DNA of 64,000 nt from Tricharina praecox (taxonomy: Eukaryota). Shown here piece after piece: positions 1 to 10,788 of this stretch; within the stretch, counting starts at the first letter, position 1, and the number at the start of each line of letters is the position of its first letter. The stretch lies in the NCBI RefSeq assembly GCF_024521635.1, contig NW_026250407.1, forward strand, positions 1 through 64,000. Direction: 5' to 3'. The translations under genes were made by a program, and so were the position numbers. The notes beneath the pieces are model-generated. The model ran no database searches. It saw only the letters and a list, made by a program, of their open reading frames with translations, and was not told the DNA's origin.

Positions 1-2
1 TC

Positions 3-1064
3 TCGGATAGGGGCCCCCAGTTTGCCTCGAGATTCTGGAAACACCTATGCTCATGCCTCAAGATCGAGCCACGCCTGTCAACTGCCTTCCAGCCCCAGAC
101 CGACGGCCAAACCGAAAGGATGAACGCCGTCATGGAACAGCACCTCCGCGCGTACGTCAGCTACCTCCAGGATGACTGGGTCGACTACCTCTTCTTGGCC
201 GAATTCGCTGGCAACAACCAGGTCTCCGACACGGCTACCCTGTCCCCATTCTTCGCTAACCTAGGATACCACCCACGGTCTGACTTTGAGCTGGATATCC
301 GTGTCGACACCAAGGAGGAACATCAAGCTCAGGGTGCAGCGGAACGGTTGCATCAAATCCACGACGTCGCCCGCAGCCAAATGCGGTATGCCCAGGCACG
401 GCAACAGGACAACTCCGACCGACACTGAACCCCTACGCCAGCGTTCCAACCAGGCGGCATGGTATGGGTGGATGGTCGGAACTGGCGCACCGAGAGACCC
501 AGTCGCAAGCTGGAAAACAAACACCATGGTCCCTACCGTGTGATTCAGACAATCGGAACCCACACCTACGAATTGGACATCCCGGACACCGTTCAGAAGC
601 ACCGAACATTTCCTGTATCCCTCCTTCATGCCTCCGCTGACGATCACTTCCCTGGACAAATTCTACCGCCACCACTTCCGGTAATCGTGGACGACCAAGA
701 AGAATGGGAGGTTGAAGAGGTTCTCGACAGCCGGAACCTCAGGGGCAAACCCCAGTACCTGGTGAAATGGAGAGGCTACGCGGCACCAACATGGGAACCA
801 GAGGAGAACCTTACCGAGGTACAAGCTGTCGACGACTTCCATCGACGATACCCCATGCAGCCTGGACCAGTCGAACTTGCTCTCGTGGGAACTCGAGCCT
901 TGGGAGGGACTACTGTCACGGCTCGCGATGGAATGACGAAGCGAGGGTCGGCACAAGGATCGGGAGAGTTGGGGGGCAGTGCAGAGGTAGTGCACCGGCA
1001 GTGCAAGGATGAGACGCAGAGGATTTGGGGCTGTGTGCAGGGAGCAGGGATAGCGCAGCAATGA
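3..1064 (+). pseudogene. Integrase-chromodomain end of pol, interrupted by in-frame TGA at 426-428; frame continues into the LTR
   Basis: ORFs 120..428 and 459..1064 are in the same frame, separated by one TGA, with integrase homology on both sides. Confidence 0.9.
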
Positions 1065-1472
1065 GTCGCAGGAGATTGGGGCTGTGTGCAGGAAGCAGGG
1101 GTAGTGCGGCTGCGCAGGGTATGAGTCACGGAAGTGGGGTACTGGCAAGGTGGATTTCTCAGGGTCTGGCACACGCCCACGGTCATTGTCAGGTTGCGGG
1201 AAGAAGTGGAGGATTTTCTATATAAACGGGCCGTTGCCCCTCTGTATTTAGTTCTTCACGCAACAACTTGTTAATTCAATCACTGTTACCTCTGTCCTTG
1301 CCTCGGCTGCCGTCTGCGCCGTAGTCCTTGTCCCTGCCTCTGTTCTCAGTTGCCGTCTGCACTGAGTCCTGCCTCACCTTGTCCCCTGAACCCGTCTTGC
1401 CTCTACCGAACCCAGAACCCAATCCCCAGCCCGGCTTCGCTACCTGGAGCCTTGCCCGACCGTGCCGTTACA
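914..1472 (+). repeat. LTR, family A (559 bp)
   Basis: TG...CA termini with 7/8 inverted repeat; TATATAAA at 1219-1226; closely related inverted copy at 3127-3636. Confidence 0.93.
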
Positions 1473-2691
1473 CCATGGTCTCTTCCAAATCGAGAAGATC
1501 GTATCGCCGCTCGCTGTCAAGCTCACTCTGCCAAGCAAGTGGAAGATACATAATGTCTTTCACGTCTCGCTCATTGAACCGTTCCGAGCCGGCTCCCGAG
1601 CACCACCGGATCCCTCTCAGATCGTATGAGAGGCCGATGATGTGGAAGGCAACGAAGAATACAGCGTCGATGAGGTTATGAGCAGCTCGAAGAAAGGTCG
1701 ACGAGTGCTCTACCTCGTGAAATGGCTCAACTACTCCGAACGACGGGACTGGACGAACGAGCCATTCGACAACTTCTCAGTAGGCGGTCGGGAAAAGCTA
1801 CGCGAGTTTCATCGCAAAAATCCCGATGCGCCGAGGGACTACCGGCTCACAGATGAGTAAGAGTTTTTTCCCATGTGGTTTTCTCGAACTCGGGCAGGTA
1901 GTAGGATGAAGGGGATGGAGGACTTCATCCAGTTATCAAAGTTAGGATAAAGGCGAGGACTTGGTTGCTTCGGGCCGAAGCCTCGTGGGAGGGGAGATGG
2001 TGTGACACCCCGATAGCTATCGGAGGACACGACGGTCGCAAGAGATGTGATTAGATAGTTCGGGTGATTAGAATAGAGTTGCGAGCCGAAAGGATAGTTA
2101 GAAGCGATCGAGGACAAGATAGGAAGGAGGGAGCAAACGGATTCCAGAGTCTAGACAGTGATCGGAGATGCGGGAGATCGGGATAACAGTCCAGAGGACT
2201 TTGAGATCTCCGTTCATAGGGCCCCGCAGTAAAAACTCCGATCCAGGGAAAAACTGTTATGACGAGAGAATCGAACATCGACCGATGGGGGCAGACAACT
2301 TCGAGCGAAGAACTCTGCCGGCGCATGAGGGAGATAATTGCTCGGAAACTCCGATCTATCTTGGGCGCGTGGTGTTTACCACCTGCCTAGTCGAGAAGAC
2401 TATCCGAAGAGAGCTGACGACGACTCGAGGCTAGGCCGCGGAACTCCGATGCAAAGGAAGCAACGGAGCTACGTTAGGCCGCACTCTAGAGGAATCACGT
2501 GCTGAGGATCGGAACGACTATAAGTCGGACCGAGCAGGCAAACCGAACCAAACTACAATCATCGCACCGAACAAACCATTGAAGAAACACCCTTAAGATT
2601 ATTCCGTTGTGAATTATCGAAATCCCTGACTTTTATTCTATACTCGACATTATCATAGACTCCGACGACGCAAACTCGTTCCAGTCTCACA
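1473..2691 (+). mobile_element. 3' part of second chromovirus (family B): integrase C-terminus/chromodomain 1474-1860 (TGA at 1627), PPT 1987-2000, 3' LTR 2001-2691
   Basis: Frame from 1474 reads [37 protein letters not shown]...EYSVDEVMSS..VLYLVKWLNY..DWTNEP. GGGAGGGGAGATGG is followed by TGTGACAC...GTCTCACA. The element is interrupted by copy A1. Confidence 0.9.
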
Positions 2692-3636
2692 GCTATATAG
2701 CTTGAGTCGGAGTTGGGCCACGAATCCCTCAAGCTTTTCCCTGGTGCCGTCGAACATGGCAGGTTCCGGGACACGTTCTGCACGGCCCTGGGGTTGAGTT
2801 TCCAGGGTGGCAAGCCGGTTAGCGATGCGACGGGAGTTGGCAAGTTGTTCTTTGAGGTCGTCTACTCACCAGGTTGGTGCTGCTGTGGGGGACTGGGTAA
2901 TTGCGCGTGCCATGATTTGGAATTGGTTATACAACCCTATCAGGGTCGCATTGTCGGCGGGTGTATCATGGTTAACGATGATTTCGAGTTGTTCGTAGAT
3001 GGCGGCGGGAATTTCTCGGTGGTAGGGTGGTGCCACCGGTACTTCCTCCTGCTGCGGAAGGTCTGGTGCTGGGGTGTTGGTGGCCATGGTTTTTCGCTAG
3101 GTGGAGAGATGGGCGACGCAACAAAGTGTAACGGCACGGTCCGGCAAGGCTCCAGGTAGCGAAGCCGGGCTGGGGATCGGGTTCTGGGTTCGGCAGAGGC
3201 AAGACGGGTTCAGGGGACAAGGTGAGGCAGGGCTGAGTGCAGACGGCAACTGAGGACAGAGGCAGGGACAAGGACTACGGCGCAGACGGCAGCCGAGGCA
3301 CGGACAGAGGTAACAGTGGTTGAATTAACAAGTTGTTGCGTGAAGAACTAATAACAGAGGGGCGTCAGCCCGTTTATTTAGGAAATCCTCCACTTTTTCC
3401 CGCAATCTGACAATGACCGTGGGCGTGTGCCAGACCCTGAGAAATCCTCCTCGCCGATTCCCCGCTCCAGTGACTCACAGCCTGCGCTGCCGCGCTACCC
3501 CTGTCTCCAACACACAGCCCCAATTCCTCCGACTCATTCCTGCATTGCCGCCTGCGCAGTTCCCTGCGCAGCCCCCGCTCTGCCTTGCGACCCCTATTCC
3601 AACTCTTCCTCGAACGTCCCGTTGTGAGCCGTGACA
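2692..3636 (-). mobile_element. 5' part of family A copy 2: 5' LTR (3127-3636), primer-binding region and start of gag (ATG 3087, TGA at 2866-2868)
   Basis: LTR is the reverse complement of 914-1472. The gag frame continues past the stop as ...ERVPEPAMFDGTREKLEGFVAQLRLKLYS (gypsy gag motif) up to the family B LTR end at 2691. Confidence 0.88.
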
Positions 3637-4295
3637 ACCGAACCCAGAACCTGATCCCCAGCCCGACTTCGCTACCTAGAGCCTTGCCCGACCGTGCCGT
3701 TACACCCGATCCCCAGCCCGCCTTCGCTACCTGGAGCCTTGCCCGACCGTGCCGTTACATTGCCCGACCGTGCCGTTACAGCGGGGCCCTATGAAGGGAG
3801 ATCTCAAAGTCCTCTGGACTGTTATTCCACTCATCCGCATCTCCAATCACTGTCTAGACTCTGGAATCCGTTTGCTTTCTCCTTCCTATTTTGTCCTTGA
3901 TCGCTTCTAACTATCCCTTCGGCTCGCAACTCTATTCTAATCACCCGGACTATCTATCACATCTCTTGCGACCGTCGTGACCTTTGATACCTATCGGGGT
4001 GTAACAACTCTGGTCCCGCTTACTTCCTTCCTGCATATCTCCTCTCTGACTAGCTACTACTAATCTCAAGGTTGCTTTCTCCTGCTCTTCAATCTATCTA
4101 ACCATTTTTTCCCAACTCCCGTTGGTAAGAAGTCAGACCTTGAAGTTGGGCCAACTACAACCAGGGTGTCACACAGCCCGTCTTGCCTTTGCGCAACCCT
4201 GTTTGCTGCCCACCTGTCTACCCCTCTCCACTACCTGGAGCCCAGCCCGGCCGTGCAGTTACACCCACTATCCAAGAGTCTATTGGGGTGTCACA
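3637..4295. mobile_element. Stack of seven truncated LTR termini (A tails 3637-3704, 3705-3759, 3760-3780; reversed B head 3781-4006; reversed B-related head 4007-4173; A-like tail 4174-4263; reversed B head 4264-4295)
   Basis: Each segment ends exactly in an LTR terminus (GCCGTTACA, GGGGTGTAACA, GGGTGTCACA, GCAGTTACA) matching the full LTRs at 914-1472 or 2001-2691. Confidence 0.85.
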
Positions 4296-4456
4296 TACAG
4301 TGAGTGATGGTTTATGATTCCGTCAGTGTCGCTTTATCAATTGTATCATGAAATATCACTCATTAGGGTTAACTACTTGAAGGCTTCCTTCAGCCATCAG
4401 AATAACTTTTGGTTCAGTGGTATAGTACTTTCCCAGTGTGTTTTATTACACCTTTG

Positions 4457-4947
4457 CTCCACTGATCTGGGCAGACGGATTCCAGAGGCCATGGAGGAAG
4501 ATGCAGCTAGTGAGATATCCGAGTGGCAGCTCAGGGAGTGGGAGCTCAGGGAGCCGGAGGAAATGGATGGGGGCCTTAGGCGAGAGGAGGAGGAGGCTGC
4601 TGAGGTTGAGATTGAGGAGCCGGGTTCGCGCCCGCTGTTCCTTCCCACACCTTCCTTTATGGCATCTGCCGATGAAGAGGCAGAAGGCGGCAATGAGGAC
4701 TAGTGACTTGCGGTGAGGCAGGGACGAGTCGAGGGAGTGGAAGTTGTCTTTTCCTAGTGTAATTTCTTTGGTGCGCCCATACATCTTCGGGACAGGCCAC
4801 GGCGGGGATAGGGAAAGCCACATCGGACCGCCTGACGAAAGTTGGATTGGACAGTGGCGGGGAAACGGGAGGGCGAATGGGTAGATACTGCCATGATCTA
4901 CATAGGTCGCACGCAATCAATGAATGGAAAAACAAAATGAAAAAAAA
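4457..4947 (+). mobile_element. 5'-truncated LINE (Tad1-like non-LTR retrotransposon) 3' end with A-rich tail
   Basis: STDLGRRIPE..EEDAASEISEWQLRE...PLFLPTPSFMASADEE* resembles the C-terminus of fungal LINE ORF2 (recognised from memory). It is followed by a ~220-nt 3' UTR and AAAAACAAAATGAAAAAAAA at 4928-4947. Confidence 0.7.
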
Positions 4948-4999
4948 GCCAACTACGTTCATAGGGAAACCATTTTTCCTGATGTTCGTTAGCATCCTC

Positions 5000-6350
5000 A
5001 TTCTGCCGCAGTGGCATCACCTCTATTAGCACCGTCCATCTTTCTACAGCACCGCCACCATCTCGATTATCCCCGCAAATCAACCTCTCGGCGGCGAAGA
5101 CGATCTTGAAATCATACTCGGAGCTGAAGATCCTCCCAATGCGAATGCTACGGCATAGTTAAGTGAGTATTGCCAACAGAGCGGACGCGCGGCGACGATG
5201 ATCAACTCGGCTAGCACTCACTATTCGCGAGCGGAACCTCGGCCAGCATACTATCAGCGAGCAACTCAGTCAGCACCCCATCGGCGACTGCAGCTCGGCC
5301 AGTGCCCTATTGGTCAGTACCGTACTATCGACGAGTACATCGGCCAGTATCCCATCGGCGACCGTACCATCCGCGACCGGCAGCTCGGCCAGTACCCCAT
5401 CTGCGAGCACATCGGCCAGCATCATATCCGCGAGCGGCAACTCGCCCAGCATCCTGTCGGCGAGCAACTCGCCCAGCAGCCTATCCGCGAGCTGCAACTC
5501 GGCTAGTATCCCATCGAGCGCCGCTACGGTCGCCGTACTATGGAAAGCAGCCTATCCGCGAGCTGCAACCCGGCTAGTATCCCATCGAGCGCCGCTACGA
5601 TCGCCGTACTATGGAAAGCATTCCGATGAGATACCGGATGCGAGTACCCTTCGGTTAGCAAAGATGTGCGCGTACCTATGGTAGACTTACCGAGAGTATC
5701 GGGATGTCGGGGCGAGGGAGCGCCAATCCGAAAGATACGATCTCCTGGATAGACAACCAGCGGTCGCCCAACAGATTTGGGCGGAAGAGCCATCGGATTC
5801 TGCAGATCCGGTGAGCTACCAGGAGGCTATTGACTCTTCAGCACCTAGGGTTCGGCCAGAAGTGGTCTGGAACAGATGGACGTGGCCACTGCCTGTCCGA
5901 ATCCGGAAATGGACGGCGATGTCTACATGGCCATTTCGGAGGGCATCAACGAGTCACCTGACTAGAATGGACTTCATCTCTGCAAACTGGACTAAAGCAA
6001 GCTCCCCGCCTCTGGTATCAACATATTGACGAGTTTCTCACATCTCGGCGTCCGCTGATGCGTTTATGATCCCCTGTACGAAACACGTTGCCATACTCAA
6101 GAACCATCTCCACGTCATACAAAAGTTGACGGATCTCGGGCCGCGATTCATTCGAAGCTCCCTGCTACAGGCGACACCCTCTGGTAGCTGAGCATCACAG
6201 CTGACCTGGTCATCCAGTACAAAGCCGCAGACGGTAAGAACCATCGCTATTCTGCGGCACCGTCATCACCTCTATTAGCACCACCGTTCTACGGCACCAC
6301 CATTCTGCGGCATTGCCATCACCTCTATTAATACCGCCATTCTACGAAAT
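5000..6350. repeat. Decayed repetitive block: CATCACCTCTATTA-containing direct repeats (5015, 6264, 6317), degenerate minisatellite 5240-5480 and 71-bp tandem duplication 5475-5620
   Basis: Direct reading of repeated words; no recognisable protein. Confidence 0.7.
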
Positions 6351-9300
6351 CGCCACAACCTCGTCCATAGCAGCGTGAGAGCACTGAGTTCATGGCAGCG
6401 AGAGGGCAGTTCTTGCGCGAATGCAGTACTGCTATAAACCGACAAACTTGCGAGTAGCCCGAGCCGTCGCATCACCTGCACCGGCCCCCGTAGGCGGTAG
6501 CGCGGCGCGCCGCTACTCTACCCCGTTCACGCTTGGCTCCACCGCTGCCAGGTCGGCTCGCTCATCCGTCCGCTTTCCCATCCGCCTGGAAGCCCTTGCG
6601 GCTCGTGCGCCGCCAGTTCCCGCCCGATTGTGATATCCGGCCCGGGGACTCGAAGAATTGCGCACTGCGCAGTCTGCATGCTGCGCGAGAGCGTACTCGG
6701 CCCGGTTGAAGGTTCGGACTCATCGCCGCTCATCCGCACCATAGCTGCGCGGGAGTCGGGAGTCGGCGAAGACGGCGACTATCCGTCCGTAGCTTGCAGC
6801 GTGTGACGGTCTGGTCTCGAATCTTTTGTCTCTTCCGCAGCCCTCGCAGCGGATGCGTAGTCAGTATCATATGTACCCCTCCTCTCCCCACCGCACACGG
6901 TGACACAGTTCCACCCTTCCGCTGAGCCTGTGGTCTACCTCGCAACCGCGTACCTATCCGTATCTAGTGGCCCCTTTTTTGCGTGCAGCGCACCTCATCC
7001 GTCCACTCTTCAAGGCCTATGGTTGCGAGCGGAGGTTTTCGTGAAGTACGCTGCAGTCGAAGCGAAATTCTGGCAGCCCGGATACCAAGAACGCCGCGCG
7101 CGGGTGGTCGGTCGGCGAGTGAGAAGTGGTGGTTCTTGAATTTCTTTCGGCGAGAAGGAATGGGGTCACGACTCACGGTGTTCTCTATTCTCCATTGGCC
7201 GAGATATCGACACAGACGGTTGTCGGCTCAGCTCTAGGAGATCCCAGGAGGCATCTTTGGTCAGTTGAGCAGTAACAGACAGCAATAGATTGAACTGAGG
7301 AGTGAGCGTCGCGCTTGCCAGGAACTTCAAACGATCAAATGCGAACATTCTGGGTTATCTATATGGTATGTAGTATCGACACACGCTCCCAGAAAGATAC
7401 ATTCCTCGTACGACTCAAGAATCAGTAGCTTTTGCTATGATTCGAGTCGTTCCCGACGAAGGCCCCTTTGATTTTTCCCTTCCTACGGCTTTGCGACCGA
7501 GTGATACGCCTGGCGCGCCTCCATGCCCAAGTCCACTGCGCATAGATACCTACATACAGCACGGGCACATCGAAATTATTTCCCCAGCACCGTATGTATG
7601 GTACTACTCGGGTAGTTACTTTCTCCATAAGACATCGGACATCCAGCTGATGCCGCGCTCGGTTACTCTAGTTACTCCAGACAGTAGACATTACTGCGGA
7701 TACCTACCTACCTACATAGGTGCTCGTGTCATGAATCATGATTCATCGCCAACATCTGAATCTCGCGAATCGCGTCCAACCGTGGTACATACCCTCGTAT
7801 CCGTCGGGACAGCACGAAAGAGGCAAATCCACGCACGGCGTACGCACGCACGCACGCAGGGCCAGCACCGCGGTTTCAGTGCTGAGTGCTCCCGGGGCGT
7901 CCGACATGTCTCGTACATAGCGGGAAGTAGTACCGATATCGTGGAGGATTCGGCACATATCCTACGGACGGGAGGTAAGACAGACGGGCGGGCGTGCGTG
8001 TGTACCTGTACAACTGGCCTGTCCCCCACGTAACTGTAGAGGTATGTACAACATGCTCGTCCGGGGCCCATCCAGGCCATCCGATGATCCACGGCCATCC
8101 CCATCCCCCATCCGCCGTCGATATCCCTTCAAGTGGTCCACACTCCGTCTTCCTTTCGCGCTATTTTTTATTTTTATTTTATTTATTATTTCCTGTGTAA
8201 AATAAATTAAAGCAGAGGAAAAACCGAAGCGGCCCGTTTCCGAAAGCCATCGCCCGGCCCTACGTACCCCCTCGCGCCTGCCACGTTCGCGACAGAGAAG
8301 AAAAGGGATACCTACTCCGTGTAGCTCGAAGATTGAAAGGGCATGGTGATCGCGAGCTTTCAATACGCTGAGCTGACATAGAATGGAATACATAGGAAGG
8401 GCAGGTTAGGAAGCCGCCGTGCACCCCCCACCCCAGCGTCTCGCCGCCCGTTTGCAACGGTGGCGGCTAGACGGCACTGGTGGTGGTGGTAAAGATGGGG
8501 TGTTGCTGGTGGTGGTGGTGGGATACTCCGCATAACGACGCGAGTGTGAGTGAGCACACTCAGCCTTCATGATTACCGATTCTAGATCGCTGCCAGTCGC
8601 AGAGCCTCAGGATGTGTGGGTGTGGAGGTGTAGTACCTATGCCACGTATGATGACCACCACCACCACCACCTCGACAACGAGAGCGACGTCCTTTCGGTA
8701 CACGCGCAACGATAGGAAAATAGAACGGAAGTTCGAGGTGGGAGAGCTGTGGGGGCTAGATCTCGAATTATGCATGTGGATGGAGTTTTGCTTTCTCTAT
8801 GCGGCCGCACGCACAAGATAGGTAAGGGAGAGAACGTCAGTTTTGTCGTCGCATATGGTCTTACTAGGCCATGGCGACCAAGAGAGATGTGTAGGTAAGA
8901 GAACCAGCGTGCGCGCACGCGAGCAACGATCTCTGTGCGCGAGTGACGGCGCGTGATGCTGTGCTGGAGAGTCTCACGATCCGCGAGACACCATTGCGAG
9001 CAGTATATGCAGGGACCGATGGACTTGCCCCTGTTTCCGAGCTGATATGATGTGCGGTGAAAGACGATGGCGACGAAGGGCACGCTTCGTTTCCGCCATC
9101 GTCCTGACAGCGGCGTTGGGGCAGACAACGAGGCTGGACCGAATCAACAGTCACAAACACTATTCACCTATCATCACAGATGAGTCTTTTGCATTGCCCG
9201 CTTGCATTGATGAGCAACGTGGTGGGAGGGTATACGTACAGGCACATATCACGAGGGGGAGAATTGCTTTTGCCAGCTTTGCAACTTTATGCTCACCGCG

Positions 9301-10730
9301 AAGTAGGTAGTAAATATCCCCCTCACTTCCTCATGTATCGCCGACCCTTCAGCACGCGCGCAAGCATAAAGCGAAGCAAAGGGCGAAGCAGATACCGTAC
9401 CTAGGGGATATGCAATAAAATCTCCCATGTGATGGGTTGCTTTTCTGGGTGATGAATACATAACTGTTTTTGTCTTCCCACGGTGTTTTGTAACCGCTGC
9501 TGACGAAAAGAAGGAAAGAAAGTACGAAAGGAAAAAAGACGATGACGTCGCACGTGCGGTCGCGACATTCTCGGCGGTAAACAGGACTGCGTCATCGGTC
9601 GAAACATAAATCACCACAGGCTCGTTTTTTGCTTTCTTTCATGTGGGTCGCATATGCCATAGGTAAGTAGGTGGGTAATGTGAGGAGTGAGATTACCGAG
9701 GCGGGGTAGGGAGGGAAGGGAAGGGCTAGATGGATGGATGGATGGATGGATGGATGGGTGGAAGGTGGGATGCTGGGCCGGGTTGACGAAGAAGGGGGTT
9801 GGAACCTGGGGGAGGGGAGGACATGCATGGAACAATTCGGAGCGCCTTCTCTTGCATGCCCGATAGTTATTGCGCGGCACATGTGCGGCGGCACCGAGGG
9901 CCGACGAGCGACCGTAGGTCCGTACGGCGTACATAACTAATTTCCCCACCGACAACTCAGGTAGATATTATTATTCTTGTCCCATGTGCCCGTCCGTCCG
10001 TCCGTAACCTGTCGCTTTTTTCGTCTCGGATATATAGACCCACTCTGTATCACAAATAATAAAACGGTTTCGCCGCGGGCGGAACGAACGTGTAGGGAGT
10101 ACTTAATCCCACCCAGCCAGTGGGAACTCGTTCCCCGACTTCCCCGGTTTCTCCGACTCCCCCGTATGTGTGTAGATAACCTCCTCTACCCAGAGTAGAG
10201 TGGAGTGGAGTAGTGTACGAGTGCTCTACTCCACTATAGTCATTCCGGTATGTATGTATGATATGTATGATAGCTGCTCCCCTCCGCCCGGTCCGGATTG
10301 CAATTTCGCGGAGGGGCGGAGGTGGTCTGGCTCTGGCTGTTGCCTACCTATCAACGCGAGGCGGCAGAGCATGCAGATGACTCGACGGTTATCGCGACTG
10401 GCCGTGGCCATGGCTATACTCGGTGGGCGAGACCTTGCACTTGCTGCAGGGCAGCAGGGTAGAGTATGTAGAGCAACTATCTGGAGCAGCAGCCAAATAG
10501 CAAACGTCCGTTGGACCTCACTGTGACTACACTTAGTACTTATTACTATTTCTACTCTAGTATGAAGTATGAAGTACTTCCCCGCCAACCAGTCGCGAGA
10601 AATAATTCAAGAAAAAAGAACGAAAAGAAAAAAGAAAGCGAATACGATGGAGAAAAGTCACCGTTCGTCGTCCGTCCATCCGCGTCCGTCACCGATAGGG
10701 AAAGAAAGAAAAGAAAAGAAAAAGAGCTCC

Positions 10731-10788
10731 GTTGGTCGTTGGTCGTTGGTCGTTGGCCGTTGGTCGTTGGCCGTTGGTCGTTGGCCGT
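10731..10788. repeat. (GTTGGYC)n heptamer microsatellite, ~8 units
   Basis: Seen directly. Confidence 0.9.

Larger units (their letters stand above)
1..1472 (+). mobile_element. 3' part of Ty3/gypsy chromovirus LTR retrotransposon, family A copy 1 (integrase + chromodomain, PPT, 3' LTR)
   Basis: Frame from nt 3 reads SDRGPQFASRFW...STAFQPQTDGQTERMN (integrase core), then HGPY..(GPY/F) and EWEVEEVLDSR..YLVKWRGY..TWEP (chromodomain). Purine tract GGGAGGGA at 902-909 precedes the LTR TGTCACGG(914)...CCGTTACA(1472). Confidence 0.95.

Noticed and set aside
3637..3780. Repeated GCCCGACCGTGCCGTTACA units as a CRISPR-like array
   Set aside because: They are LTR 3' ends, with LTR-derived rather than unique spacers; eukaryotic context and no cas genes.
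4362..4370. TTAGGGTTA / CCCTAACC words (also 19866, 21697, 32041) as telomere or telomerase-RNA template
   Set aside because: Single short matches expected by chance; no array or supporting structure seen.
7662..7674. 13-mer GTTACTCTAGTTA shared with 28752-28764
   Set aside because: Matches of this length are expected by chance in 64 kb.
9449..9503. GTGATGA...CTGA as a C/D snoRNA
   Set aside because: Too short, no terminal stem and no convincing rRNA-complementary guide.
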